From assembly GCA_951406725.2 (NCBI GenBank), contig OX597814.1, forward strand, positions 193,998,001-194,062,000: a DNA stretch of 64,000 bases. The letters are read 5' to 3'. Under the pieces are notes generated by a model. It made no database searches and was not told the DNA's origin. It saw only the letters and a list, made by a program, of their open reading frames with translations. This stretch comes from Octopus vulgaris. Lineage: Eukaryota. The position numbers were made by a program, and so were the translations under genes. Numbering within the stretch: position 1 is the stretch's first letter; each line of letters opens with the position of its first letter. Below, piece after piece: positions 1 through 12,927 of this stretch.

Positions 1-164
1 ACTCACAAGGCTTTGGTCGGCCCGAGGTTATAGTAGAAGAGACTTGCCCAAGGTGCCACGCAGTGTGACTGAACCCGGAACCATGTAGTTGGTAAACAAG
101 CTACTTACCACACAGCCACTCCTACGCCTATGTTATTCCTTTTTTCTTCTTTTCTTTTTTGGAG

Positions 165-730
165 GTTCTGGCGGGCACAATGCCCGAAATTTTGGGGGAC
201 GAGCCCACTCGGTTAGATCGACCTAGTATGCAACTGGTACTTAATTTATCGACCTCGAAAAGATGAAAGGCAAGGTCGAGCTTTGCCTTTCAGAACATGA
301 ATACAGACGAAATACCTATTTCTTTACTACCCACAAGGGGCTAAACACAGAGAGGACAAACAAGGACAGACAAATGGATTAAGTCGATTACATCGATCCG
401 AGTGCGTAACTGGTACTTAATTTATCGACCTCGAAAAAATGAAAGGCGAAGACGACCTCGGCGGAATTTGAACTCAGAACGTAGCGGCAGACGAAATACC
501 TATTTCTTTATTACCCACAAGGGGCCAAAGACAGAGGGGACAAACAAGGACAGACATAGGTATCAGGTCGATTACATCGACCCCAGTACGTAACTGGTAC
601 TTAATTTATCGTCCCCGAAAGGATGAAAGGCAAAGTCGACCTCAGCGGAATTTGAACTCAGAACGTAACGACAGACGAAATACGGCTACGCATTTCGCCC
701 GGCGTGCTAACGTTTCTGCCAGCTCGCCAC
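165..730 (-). mobile_element. SINE family A (tRNA-like head, Nin/Deu-like core), tandem body copies
   Basis: Matches the many other copies; B-box GAGTTCAAATTCC; core gactttgcctttcatcctttcggggtcgataaattaagtaccag. Confidence 0.85.
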
Positions 731-1085
731 CTTGTGGCTGTGAATATTATGGAGGCGATGAAGGTGACGGGCAGGCAGAATTATTAGTATGCCGGACTAC
801 ATGTATAGCAGCATTTCTTCTCTCTTTACGTTCCATATTCAAATTCCACCGAGGCCAACTATGTCTTTTAAATTAGGCAGTCAGCTGGCAGAATCGTTAG
901 CAAGCCGGACAAAATGCTTAGCGGCATTTCGTCTGTCTTTACGTTCTGGGTTCAAATTCCGCCGAGCTCGACTTGGCTTTTCGTCCTTTCGGGATCGATA
1001 AATTAAGTACTGAGGTCGATGCAATCGACTTCCTTCTCGCTTCAAAATATGCTGAGCTAAAAGTTGAAGCCATTATTTTGCAAGG

Positions 1086-1520
1086 GCGTAGGAGTGACTG
1101 TGTGGTAAGTAGCTTGCTTACCAACCACATGGTTCCGGGTTCAGTCCCACTGTGTGGCATCTTGGGCAAGTGTCTTCTACTATAGCCTCGGGCCGACCAA
1201 AGCCTTGTGAGTGGATTTGGTAGACGGAAACTGAAAGAAGCCCGTCGTATATACGTATGTGTGTGTGTGTGTATGTGTGTGTGTGTGTGTGCGTGTGTGT
1301 GTGTGTGTATGTTTATGTGTCTGTGTTTGTTCCCCCAACATCGCTTGACAACCGATGCTGGTGTGTTTACGTCCCCGTAAGCTAGCGGTTCGGCAAAAGA
1401 CACCAATAGAATAAGTAGTAGGCTTACAAAGAATAATTCCTGGGGTCGATTTGCTCGACTAAAATGTGATGCTCCAGCATGGCCACAGTGAAATGACTGA
1501 AGCAAGAAAAAGAGTAAAAG
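1086..1520 (+). mobile_element. SINE family B (tRNA-derived, internal microsatellite)
   Basis: A/B-box-like head tg(g/a)ctgtgtggtaag...ggttcagtccc; internal (TG)n; tail ccagcatggcc(a/g)cagt...gactgaa; more than 10 copies in the window. Confidence 0.9.
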
Positions 1521-1888
1521 AGTGAGGGAGAAAGGCAGTGAATTGCAAAATGGTTAGCGCGCCGGACAAAATGCCCAGCGGCATTTCTTTCGGTTTTAAG
1601 TTCTGAGTTCAAATCCCGCCGAAGTCGACATTGCCTTTCATGCTTTCGGGGGTCAATAAAATAAGTAGCAGTTGAACACTGGGGTCTATATAATCGACTC
1701 GCCCCCTCACTCAAAATTTTATGCCTTGTACCTATAAGTAGAAAGGATTAGTTTGAGGCAAGCGAACACAGACGACTTGCTAACTCGGGTCGACATTCCA
1801 AGCTGTCAAAAACCTTGTGGTAAATCCCCGGTACTTAATTTCCCAACGAGACTAAATATATATTTATTTAACATATGGATGTATAGCT

Positions 1889-1936
<48 letters not shown>

Positions 1937-1989
1937 CTCCCTCTCTCTCTTTCTCTCTCTCCCTCTCTCTCTATATATATATATACATA

Positions 1990-2035
<46 letters not shown>

Positions 2036-2281
2036 GCAAAATATTCGAGTTAATAAGGGAGCTTCTATATGGACACTCGACATGCTAGAAATAGGAGTCA
2101 AATCTTCAAATCAAATTCTACAGCTTAAACAAAAAAAACAAAACAGGAAGAACATATTAGATAATATACATTCAATATAGACAGAGAAATACATAGATCT
2201 GAAAAGACATGATGGATACCCAAGGTCAGAGGTCTATTTCATAAGATCTGACCTGGGGTTAAATCAACTACACCAGCAAAA

Positions 2282-2285
<4 letters not shown>

Positions 2286-2330
<45 letters not shown>

Positions 2331-2442
2331 CCACATACATATATATATACATACATACATATATATATATGCACCCACATACATATATATATACATACAT
2401 ACATATATATATATGCACCCACATACATATATATATACATAC

Positions 2443-2503
<61 letters not shown>

Positions 2504-2525
2504 TACATGTACACATATATACATA

Positions 2526-2600
<75 letters not shown>
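2286..2600. repeat. (TA)n with a higher-order 44-bp unit (gcacccacatacat...)
   Basis: Unit starts near 2327, 2371 and 2415. Confidence 0.9.
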
Positions 2601-2606
<6 letters not shown>

Positions 2607-3202
2607 CATCTGTTTCCAATTCACACATCAATGAGTTCCGGCTGTTGTTTTTCCTTTCCTGTTATGTAAATATTTTCTTCCCCCGTTGCACCTGTACTTA
2701 ACGACACGAGATTTTCCTCAAGTAATTAGCCAACCCAATCAATTATTTTAAACACAATATTAACTAAAATAAAGATCTGCAGTTCTAGAGTTAATTCCCC
2801 CATAAAGTCACGTTGCCATGATCAGCAGACGATTCTTATCGCCAATGTTTCCTAACCTGCCTTATCTCGTCCTTCCAATTGCAATGGGTTTTTTATTTCC
2901 AGCATTTATCTTAAAGGGCTTCCAGGTTTATAACTTTACTTAAATTTTATAATCCCTCGCCCCCTTCTTTAAAGATTTCATAAAAGAAATACTTATTTTG
3001 CTAAAAATATAGTTTTATCGTTAGATTTTAATTAAATATATATTTTAATGTTGTTTTTTATCACTTTAAACGTCTCTAAATTTCCCAGTATTATCAATTC
3101 CTGTTTGCGCTATATTAATATTTCTGTTTCACTAGAAACAGCTGCAATGGCAGCAAAATCGTGTAAGCCAGACTAAAATACCGCGTGTTATTTTGTTACT
3201 TA

Positions 3203-4119
3203 AAGGCAGCGAACTGGCAGAAACGTTAGCACGCCGGGCGAAATGCTTAGCGGTATTTCGTCTGCCGAAGGCGGCGAGCTGGCAGAAACGTTAGCACGCC
3301 GAGCGAAATGCTTAGCGGTATTTCGTCTGCCGAAGGCGGCGAGCTGGCAGAAACGTTAGCACGCTGGGCGAAATGCTTAGCGGTATTTCGTCTGCCGTTA
3401 CGTTCTGAGTTCAAATTCCGCCGAGGTCGACTTTGTCTTTCATCCTTTCGGGGTCGATTAAATTAGTACCAGTTACGCACTGGGGTCGATATAATCGACT
3501 TAATCCGTTTGTCTGTCCTTGTTTGTCCCCTCTGTGTTTAGCCCCTTGTGGGTAGTAAAGAAATAGGTATTTCGTCTGCCGTTACGTTCTGAGTTCGAAT
3601 TCCGCCGAGGTCGACTTTGTCTTTCATCCTTTCGGGGTCGATTAAATAAGTACCAGTTACGCACTGGGGTCGATATAATCGACTTAATCCGTTTGTCTGT
3701 CCTTGTTTGTCCCCTCTGTGTTTAGCCCCTTGTGGGTAATAAAGAAATAGGTATTTCATCTGCCGTTACGTTCTGGGTTCAAATTCCGCCGAGGTCGACT
3801 TTGTCTTTCATCCTTTCGGGGTCGATTAAATAAGTACCAGTTACGCACTGGGGTCGATATAATCGACTTAATCCGTTTGTCTGTCCTTGTTTGTCCCCTC
3901 TGTGTTTAGCCCCTTGTGGGTAATAAAGAAATAGGTATTTCATCTGCCGTTACGTTCTGGGTTCAAATTCCGCCGAGGTCGACTTTGTCTTTCATCCTTT
4001 CGGCGTCGATTAAATAAGTACCAGTTACGCACTGGGGTCGATATAATCGACTTAATCCGTATGGCTGTCCTTGTTTGTTCCCTCTATGTTAAGCCCGCTG
4101 TGGGTAGTAAAGAAATAGG
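3203..4119 (+). mobile_element. SINE A multimer: 3 x 65-bp head, 4 x 184-bp body
   Basis: Heads start at 3203, 3268, 3333; bodies at 3382, 3566, 3750, 3934; 14-bp TSD tattttgt(t/a)actta at 3189-3202 and 4120-4133. Confidence 0.9.
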
Positions 4120-5650
4120 TATTTTGTAACTTATTTCATAGTCTGGGTTGAAGTTCCATCAAGGTCAAAACTGTGCCTTTCATCCTAACGAGAATAAAAT
4201 AAAGTACAGGAATTGGTTTAACACTTTGCCTAACGTATGAATCACTGGTGACTCCTGCAGTTACAGAACGAATATTATATTCGTTCAGCACCGCAGAAGT
4301 CACAGGTGGTATCCATGCTATAAATTAATATGATAATCTATGTAGTGAACTAGAACATATATATGGTGAAAATAATTTTTAATGCAGAATTTATGACGAT
4401 ATTAAATCGTCGGTGCAAAAAAAGTATGGCACAAAATGAACTTGGTTGGCCATTTTGTGTTGATATTCCTAAAGGTAATTGTAATTATCAGAAGAAACTT
4501 TGCCTTTCATCCTTCCTGGAGGCCGATAAAATAAAGTACTGGTTATAGGCGCAGGAGTGGCTGCGTTGTAAGTAGCTTGCTTACCAACCACATGGTTCCG
4601 GATTCAGTCCCACTGCGTGGTACCTTGGGCAAGTGTCTTCTACTATAGCCTCGGACTGACCAATGCCTTGTGAGTGGATTTGGTAGGCGGAAACTGAAAG
4701 AAGCCCGTCGTATATATATATATTCTTTTGTTCTTTTATTTGTTTCAAATCAAGTATTTATTCTATCGGTCTCTCTTGCCGAACCGCTAAGTGACGGGGG
4801 GATTCTTTCAGTTACCGTCTACCAAATCCACTCACAAGGCTTTGGTCGGCCCGATGCTATAGTAGAAGACACTTGCCCAAGGTGCCATGCAGTGGGACTG
4901 AACCCGGAACCATGTGGTTGGTAAGCAAGCTACTTACCACACAGCCACATATGTATGTATACATGTGTCTATGTATATATATACACATATATATATATAT
5001 GTATATATATATAAATGTATTTATGTATGTATGTATGTATGTATGTATGTATGTATGTATGTATGTATGTATGTATGTATGTATGTGTGTGTCTGTGTCC
5101 TCCCTGAACATCGGTTCGGCAAAAAGTGACCGATAGAATAAGTACTGAGGCGGTTTAATAGTCCTAAAGGTGACTGGAATTATAAGAGAAGAAAACCTTG
5201 CCTTTCCTCCTCCTGGTGTTGATAAAATAAATATCATTTTGTACTAGGGTTGATTTACTCGACTCTATCCAGGCCACAAAACAATGCAAAGCGAAGCCTA
5301 TAAGAACTAATATGCAGATTTTCTCCTAAAAACGAAAGTGAAACTAAATTGCGCTGAAAATGATGCCTGTGAAGCTCCATTATTTACATTAACTGAATGG
5401 CTTCACCATGCAATGTATATTCTCGTGGTATCTTAAGTATTTCATGAAAAACAGCTAAGGTACACCACTTCAATAGATTCTATTCAGAAAGAACATCACT
5501 GAAAAGGAAATTCCGTGGTGAGCATCACAGCACATGATAGCCAACACGGTTACATGAGACTGACGTAATAATCCTTCATAGCTAATGAGTTATATATAAA
5601 GAATCGCTGGGAAATGGTGGCGTTGTTCTTTTACACACACACACACATAC

Positions 5651-5688
<38 letters not shown>

Positions 5689-5926
5689 ATCGGTGAATCA
5701 GTGATCGTTTATATATAGGAGTGGCTGTGTGGTAACTTGCTTACCAACCACATGGTTCCGGGTGGGCAAGTGTCTTCTACTATAGCCTTGGGCCGACCAA
5801 AGCCTTGTGTGTGGATATAGTAGACGGAAACTGAAAGAAGCCCCTCGTATATATATATATGTGTGTGTGTGTGTGTACACACACATACATATAATATGCG
5901 CGCACTCACAAGACATAGCAAAGCAG

Positions 5927-5961
<35 letters not shown>

Positions 5962-6131
5962 GGGAAGGGGGAAGGAAGGAAAGAAGCATAGAAGGAAAGC
6001 AGGAAAGAAAGAAAGAAGGAAAGAAAGAAAGAAAGAAAGAAAGAAAGAAAAGAGAGGGGGAGAGAAAGAAAGAAAGAAAGAAAGATAGAAAGAAGGAAAG
6101 AAAAAAGGAAAGAAAAGAGAAAGGGAGAGAG

Positions 6132-6162
<31 letters not shown>

Positions 6163-6488
6163 GACGGATAGACAGACACAAAAAGAGCGAGCAAATTGAT
6201 AGAGAGAGAGTAGGGATGAAAATAAAATGTATCTTTTGAAACTTGATCTTGTTCAAATAAGTTTATTCAATCACTAATAAACACAGTAACCTACAACTTG
6301 AAAGAAAGGCTTTTGGGCCCCCGTAGTGTTCATCTAGAGTCTATTAGGGTCTTTACATTCCACGTAAAGTTCAGCTTTTAGTACATTCCTGTGTCTTCCC
6401 TTTGCTTTTATAGAAAGTATATATAACCATCTTGAAGTTTCCTTCATATGGTTTTCCCATTATGCCAGTTCATTACGTATGTGTAGAA

Positions 6489-6541
<53 letters not shown>

Positions 6542-7024
6542 AGTGCGTGTGTGTATGTGTGTGTGTGTATTTGTATGTGTGTGTGTATGTGTATTTGTGC
6601 TCTGTAAATTAAAAACCAAAATTTTCTCGCCTTATGCGTTCTGTTTTGACGAACTTTTAGAAAAGGTATTTAACAAAAATGCAATTGTTGTTGTTATTAT
6701 TATCGTTGCTGCTGCTGTTGTTGTTGTTGTTGTTGTTGTTTATACCCCAAGCCAGCACCAATCGAGCAGACATCCTCAAAGTCATTCCGTCATTTCATAC
6801 ATCTGCTACTATATCATCCAATGTGCCCTTCTTTTTTTTTTAAGACTGTAGGATTTGATTAAAGGGAGATTTGACAAACATTTCTCGCATACTGAATGAC
6901 CACATTTGAGGCTTAACCCTCGTGAATGTGTTGCGCGAGATGTTGAGAGGTAGAGAGAACGAACGGGGGAACAGCGAGGGTGTGTGCCACCCGGGGCAGT
7001 CCTTGAGCTTTCCACACACATACA

Positions 7025-7059
<35 letters not shown>

Positions 7060-7209
7060 TCGCCTATCCGCACTCTGTACAGGCTTATACAGCAGACCCA
7101 AAAGTGCGCCCCTATAAAAGTGTCACCAAGAGCTGTTTGCCCCCATCGCATTCACCTAGTTATGCTACTGGCAAGGAATTCCAAAGGAACCACGATATAC
7201 GGAGAGAAG

Positions 7210-7780
7210 ACGTATTTTCTGACATACAAGTCAGTATATAAGTCAGTATATATTAGTATATAAGTCGAGGTAGACCTTTCAGTCAGAAAATCAATGTTTA
7301 AGTCTATATTCATCGTATAGGTCGACTCCTTTTCAGATTTGCTTTTATTTATGGTTATAATTGTACTTCAATATGAACGCAAAGTTTCGTCTGTCTTCAC
7401 ATTCTGAGTTCAAATTCTGCCGAGGTAGACTTTGCCTTTCATCCCTTCGAAATCACTAAAATAAGTACCAGTCGAGCACTGCTGTCGATGTAATCGACTT
7501 ACCCTTTCTCCGAAACTGCTGGCTTCATGTCAAAGTTTGGAATCAATATGAATGCAAATTAAGTAGAAAGGAAATTAGCAGGTAATTAAAATTTTTTGTT
7601 ATATGCTGTCATGATGCACATGAAGTGTTTCAAACAACGTAAATATCTTTCCAAATCCTTCTGCATTTCACGTGGAATTTACAGACCTACAAAATCCTTT
7701 TAGAGCATAAGTCGACCGACCGTTTTTTTTACAGTAAATTTTAGTTTGAAAAATTCGACTTATATGCCGAGCAATACAGT
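7210..7780. mobile_element. Tc2/pogo-like MITE with an inserted SINE A
   Basis: Ends cgtattttctgacatacaagtc and gacttatatgccgagcaatacag|ta are imperfect reverse complements. Confidence 0.45.
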
Positions 7781-7799
7781 AGTGTGGTAATTATTATTG

Positions 7800-8220
7800 G
7801 GGTCCTAGGGATCACAATATGAACGACGAGTTGATGAGAGGCGAGTGAGCCTTTCGTGCCTGAGATGAGTGAAGGTAGATTCGAAAAGCAGAGGCCGCTG
7901 TAGTAGCGGTGGAAAAGGCAAAGACAGGACACAGCACGACTCTGGTCCAGAGCTTGGAATGCATCTACGAGCGTCTTCGTGCCAATTAGTCGAATGCCCT
8001 TTTCTTTAAATGCAGTGTAGGATTTCTGTCTATGTAATGGCAGCACCTGTCCCAGGCGTGGGAGCAGTAAGTACTCCATTGTGGGTCTCCCTCGAGCGTT
8101 GTAAAGAGTTTGTAGTTGTTGTGGTCTGAAACATTCTCGGCCCCTTAAGAGGAATTCCAGTTTTCCTTCTTTTAGCTCATTTATTAATATCTCAATGTTT
8201 CAGTTATCCCCTTGGACCTT
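7800..8220 (-). mobile_element. Decayed LINE ORF2 fragment (post-RT region)
   Basis: PTMEY...GIRLIG...LDQSRAVSCLCLFHRYYSGLC resembles Jockey/CR1-group post-RT motifs; frameshifted. Confidence 0.6.
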
Positions 8221-8824
8221 GTTGTTATTGTTGTTGTTTTTGTTGCTGCTGCTGTTGTTGTTGTTATTGTTGTTGTTGCTATTGTTGTTGTTGTTGCTGC
8301 TGATGATGTTGTTGTTTTCATATGCTTGTTTATTCTAAAGTAATTATATCTATGGAAAAACAGTCCCTTTCTCTACTTGCGTGCTTTCCACTGACAAACC
8401 GAAGACTATTCATTTATCTACTTAAAAAGATAGATAAACATCTGAGCTAGCAACCAAATCTCCTTTAAATTAGGCATGGCTGTGTGGTAAGAAGCTTGCT
8501 TCCCAATCACATGGTTCCAAGTTCTGTCCCGTTGCATGGCACCTTGGACAAGTGTCTTCTACTTCCGGCGGCCCCCGACATTCTTCCCGCTATAAATATA
8601 ATAACTTTTTCTTTAACTGACTTATGTTTTACTTTTTTTTAGCGGCCCCCGGCCCCTTCATAAATTCAAGGTTTTGGATCTGACCCGAATATTAAAAAGG
8701 TTGAGAATTACTGACCGAAACTATACATTTAACTTTCAACACCAGTCCGCCAAGCTGTAAATAGATACAAGAAGGGGTATAGTAGATGGAGCACTATGTA
8801 ATTACTGTGTGTATGCATTCATAT

Positions 8825-9054
8825 ATTTCTTTATTGCCCACAAGGGGCTAAACATAGAGGGGACAAACAAGGACAGACAAGCGGATTAAGTCGATTACAT
8901 CGACCCCAGTGTGTAACTGGTACTAATTTAATCGACCCCGAAAGGATGAAAGGCAAAGTCGACCTCGGCGGAATTTGAACTCAGAACGTAGCGGCAGGCG
9001 AAATACTGCTAAGCATTTCGCCCAGCGCGCTCACGTTTCTGCCAGCTCGCCGCC
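8825..9054 (-). mobile_element. SINE A monomer
   Basis: Complete head-to-tail copy ending gggcaataaagaaat. Confidence 0.9.
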
Positions 9055-9194
9055 TTATGCATACTGTGTGTATGCATATATAGCCAAAGTGATACAGTGG
9101 CTATATATGCACAGAGCTCTATAATGCAATGCTATGTTGTTTATTTAAAATCCTTCAAAATCTAATGCAAATTTCTGTTTCTGTTTCATTACAG

Positions 9195-9627
9195 CTCACA
9201 ACGAACCACAGATCAAGGGACTGCAAAGGGTGTTCAAAAGATTTTGTAAACGAACGGTCTTATTACAGAGTGAAAGGTGAGCGAGGAGAACCAGGGCTGC
9301 CAGGTAAAGATGGGCGCCCTGGATTGGCGGGCAGACCTGGGCCTAAAGGAGAACGAGGTCCCACCGGTCCTGTCGGAATGCCAGGACGTCCTGGAGATAC
9401 GATAAACAGAAGAAAAGACAGAAAACCATATCGTGTGGCCGGTCCACCTGGGCCCCCGGGTTTACCAGGACCTCCCGGACCACCGGGCCCACGTGGACCG
9501 ACTGGGTTATCAGGTATCCCTGGATTACCAGGGGTAAATGCTGTTGAGAAAACAGATTCAGTTGGACATTCGGAAGGACCTGGATTACATGGCAGGTTTA
9601 GCAAAGCTGGCTCTGATGATATACGAG
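9195..9627 (+). CDS. Internal exon of a short interrupted collagen (14 + 11 Gly-X-Y triplets), EMID1/COL26A1-like architecture
   Basis: Acceptor tttcattacag| at 9194, donor CGAG|gtatga at 9628; 433 bp, phase 0 in, phase 1 out. Translation [13 protein letters not shown]...[88 protein letters not shown]...DDIR; degenerate third codon positions, so not a simple repeat. Confidence 0.93.
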
Positions 9628-9803
9628 GTATGAAACCAAATCTCTTTTTTTCTTTCTCTGTCTCTTTAATACCATTATAATTATGGATTAATCAGATCCA
9701 CAAGAGAGTCCAACTTGCGACCTCAGTGGCATTGATCAGTACTGTGTTAATAACAGCAGCTTTGCGTGCATGTATGTATGTATTTAATTTTCAATACTTT
9801 GTA

Positions 9804-9894
9804 GGACATATACGCATTTCATCAAAATGCCGAAATAATTACATAACACTTGTAGAAATAGTACGCGATCATGCACCTAACCTCATCAGTGTCC
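9804..9894 (-). ncRNA. Decayed hammerhead-like fold with long stem II
   Basis: Minus strand: ggaca-CTGATGA-g-gttaggtgc...gcattttgat-GAAA-tgcgta-TA-tgtcc; stem I ggaca/tgtcc. Confidence 0.35.
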
Positions 9895-10334
9895 GGCAGC
9901 AAATACATTCATCCATAAATATAGTGACAACTTATCATTTGATGAATAACTTCGAATTCACAGCTTGTACCTGACATAAGATATATCTAACATACACGGG
10001 TTACTATACTCTTCACTGGTCACTTTGTTAGCCGTGTCCATTACATGGAGTACTTACTAAGATATTCGCCTGGATTTCTTTAATCCCTATTTTCTATCGC
10101 TATATAATAAATACATACATACATACATACATACATGCATATATACATACATACACACATACATACATATGTGAATAAATATTCATATATGTATGTATAC
10201 ATGTACAAAGGTATGCATATGTATATATATTTATGTGTGTGTGTGTGTGTGTAATTGTATGCATGTATATACACACAAATACATATAAATAAACACACAT
10301 ATACACACTACACACACGCATGATTATATATACG

Positions 10335-10730
10335 TTTCTACTCTAGGCACAAGGCCTGAAATTTTAGGGGAGGGGTCTAGTCGATTAGATCGATCCCAGT
10401 ACGCAACTGGTACTTAATTTATCGACCCCCGAAAGGATGAAAGGCAAAGTCAACCTCGGCGGAATTTGAACTCAGAACGTAAAGACAGACAAAATACCTA
10501 TTTCTTTACTACCCACAAGGGGCTAAACACAGAGGGGACAAACAAGGACAGACAAAGGGGTCGAGTCAATTACATTCTTCCCATTGCGTTACTGGTACTT
10601 ATTTAATCGACCCCGAAAGGATAAAAAGCAAAGTCGACCTCGGCGGAATTTGAACTCAGGACATAGCGGCAGACGAAATACCGCTAAGCATTTCGCGCGG
10701 CGTGCTAACGATTCTGCCAGCTTGCTGCCT
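10335..10730 (-). mobile_element. SINE A dimer
   Basis: Same junction gaaatag|gtattt as the other multimers. Confidence 0.8.
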
Positions 10731-11096
10731 TCAACGCCAGAAACATAGCAACAAAAGTGTTAAATAAAGGTTTTGAGATTAAAGTTTTCTCGAAATAAGC
10801 TGCGTGGTTAAGAAACATGCTTTCCAACCGCGTGGTTACGGGGTCAGTCGCACTCTCCAGCACATTGGACAAGTGCCTTCTACTATTACCTGGGACCAAT
10901 CAATACCTTGCATGTGAATTTGGTAGACAGAAACGGAATCGAAACCCGACGTGAATGTGTGTTTGTGTTTGTCCACCTCTCAGCACTTGGCAACCGGCGA
11001 TGGTTTGTTTATGCCCCTGTAACTTAGCATTTCGGCAAAAGATACCAACAGGATTAGTACTAAACTTTTCAATAATGTCGATTTGTTCGACTAAAC

Positions 11097-11715
11097 AAGT
11101 GGTTCTCAACTTATATGGATCCCCAAGGACCATATAGCCCTTGGGGGTCCATATAAGATTTTGTTGTTAAAATTTATCTGAAATAAATTGGTTATTCTTA
11201 GGCGTAGGAGTACCTGTCTGGTAAGTAGCTTGCTTACCAACCACATGGTTCTGGGTTCAGTCCCATTGCGTGGCACCTTGGGCGGATTTGGTAGACGGAA
11301 ACTGAAAGAAGCCCGTCGTATGTATGTATATATATGTTTGTGTATGTATATATATGTTTGTGTGTCTGTGTTTGTCCCCCCAACATCGCTTGTCAACCGA
11401 TGCTGGTGTGTGTTTACGTCCCCGTAACTTAGCGGTTCGGCAAAAGAGACCGGTGGAATAAGTACTAGGCTTACAAAGAATAAGTCCTGGGGTCGATTTG
11501 CTCGACTAAAGGCGGTGCTCCAGCATGGCCGCAGTCAAATGACTGAAACAAGTAAAAGAGTAATACACAAAATATTCTAACAATTTTTTTTATATAATTT
11601 TTCATAATATTTACTTATAAAAGGATTTTTAAACATCAAATGGCTACGAGGCTCCATCCTAGTTAAACAGGAATCAAAATTGTCCACAGGTAAAAAAAAT
11701 GCTTGAGAGCCACTG
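11097..11715. mobile_element. hAT-type MITE
   Basis: TIRs agtggttctcaa / ttgagagccactg; 8-bp TSD gactaaac / gattaaac; related end at 14102. Confidence 0.8.
11200..11560 (+). mobile_element. SINE B inside a hAT-type MITE
   Basis: Near-full copy with an internal deletion. Confidence 0.85.
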
Positions 11716-12346
11716 GATTAAACCCTTCAAGATGGTGCCCCAGGATGGCCGCTGTCTAATGACTGAAACAAGTAAAAGATAAAAGCTAAACGATATAATC
11801 CTTACTACTATAGACACAAGGTCTGAAATTGTTGGGAAAGGGACTAGTTGATGACATTGACCCTAGTGTTTTACTGGTACTTAATTTATCGACCCCGAAA
11901 GGATAAAAGGCAAAGTCGACCTCGGCAGAATTTGAACTCGGATCGTAAGGACGGGTGCTAAAAGATATAATGTGGATGATATAACATAATTAATCATAGA
12001 AAGGTGCGCCGTATAATGAGAATATTTAGAGTTCAAAAATAGAAGGTTAAATGTTTGTGGGGTGAAAGGTGGGGCTGAGAAGGAAAAGGAAAAATCCCTA
12101 TTGAATTCTTTGAGGTCATAAAGAGATAGGAAAGAATTTTAAAGCACGTGTGCTTATGTGTTTGTGGGTGGATGCATGCGCACGCGTATTAAATGAGCTT
12201 TTCGTACGATTTTTAGAAAATATGCGATGGTATAAATATAGCAATTGATAAAAAGATTAAAGTTTAAAGCTTATGGAGGTATGTGATTTATAGTGTGTAG
12301 TTTATCATTTTAAGTATTCATCGGTATATAATTGAGCAGTTGAGAT

Positions 12347-12389
<43 letters not shown>

Positions 12390-12481
12390 TACATACATAC
12401 ATACATACATACGTACATACATATGTAAGTATGCTTACATGTATGGAATAAGCAGAGCAAGAGCACACACGAAGACGGTAA

Positions 12482-12528
12482 GTGTCGGTGAGGAGGTCAC
12501 AGGTGTGTGACGAAAGATCTCCGGACGC
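12482..12528 (+). ncRNA. Minimal hammerhead-like fold with C3G substitution
   Basis: gtgtcg-GTGAGGA-g-gtcaca-ggtg-tgtgac-GAAA-gatc-TC-cggacgc; palindromic stem III AGATCT; lies in a ~220-bp segment between (CATA)n and (TA)n tracts. Confidence 0.45.
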
Positions 12529-12635
12529 GGGACATGAGTTAGAATAAGAACAGCAATAAACGAGTAACGAACGAATATATATATTGCGTGTGTTTATTTG
12601 AAAAAATGAAAGACTGTCCCAAAATATTACAATAT

Positions 12636-12684
<49 letters not shown>

Positions 12685-12689
<5 letters not shown>

Positions 12690-12866
12690 AGAATTCACAA
12701 AAAAAGACGAAGACAGGTGGTGTAGACAGCAAACAGATGTATTAATATAACGCTAGGGAAGTGAAAATGTCTTTAACGTTTCGAGCCTACGCTCTTCCAC
12801 AGAAAGGAACACAGAAAGAAACAAGGAAAGAAAATAAAGAATGTGTAGTGGCTAGCGATCTATCAG
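12685..12866 (-). mobile_element. Penelope-like terminal-repeat fragment with variant minimal hammerhead (copy 1)
   Basis: Same sequence as copies at 16136, 19444 and 45910; motif CTGTGGA-A-GAGC-GTAG-GCTC-GAAA-CGTT-AAAG; embedded in (TA)n. Confidence 0.6.
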
Positions 12867-12875
12867 AGCGAAGGG

Positions 12876-12923
<48 letters not shown>

Positions 12924-12927
<4 letters not shown>

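Noticed and set aside
3203-4119. CRISPR-like regular repeat array
   Set aside because: No unique spacers; the units are SINE segments in eukaryotic DNA.
9263-9604. Minus-strand Pro/Gly-rich ORF
   Set aside because: Antisense shadow of the collagen exon.
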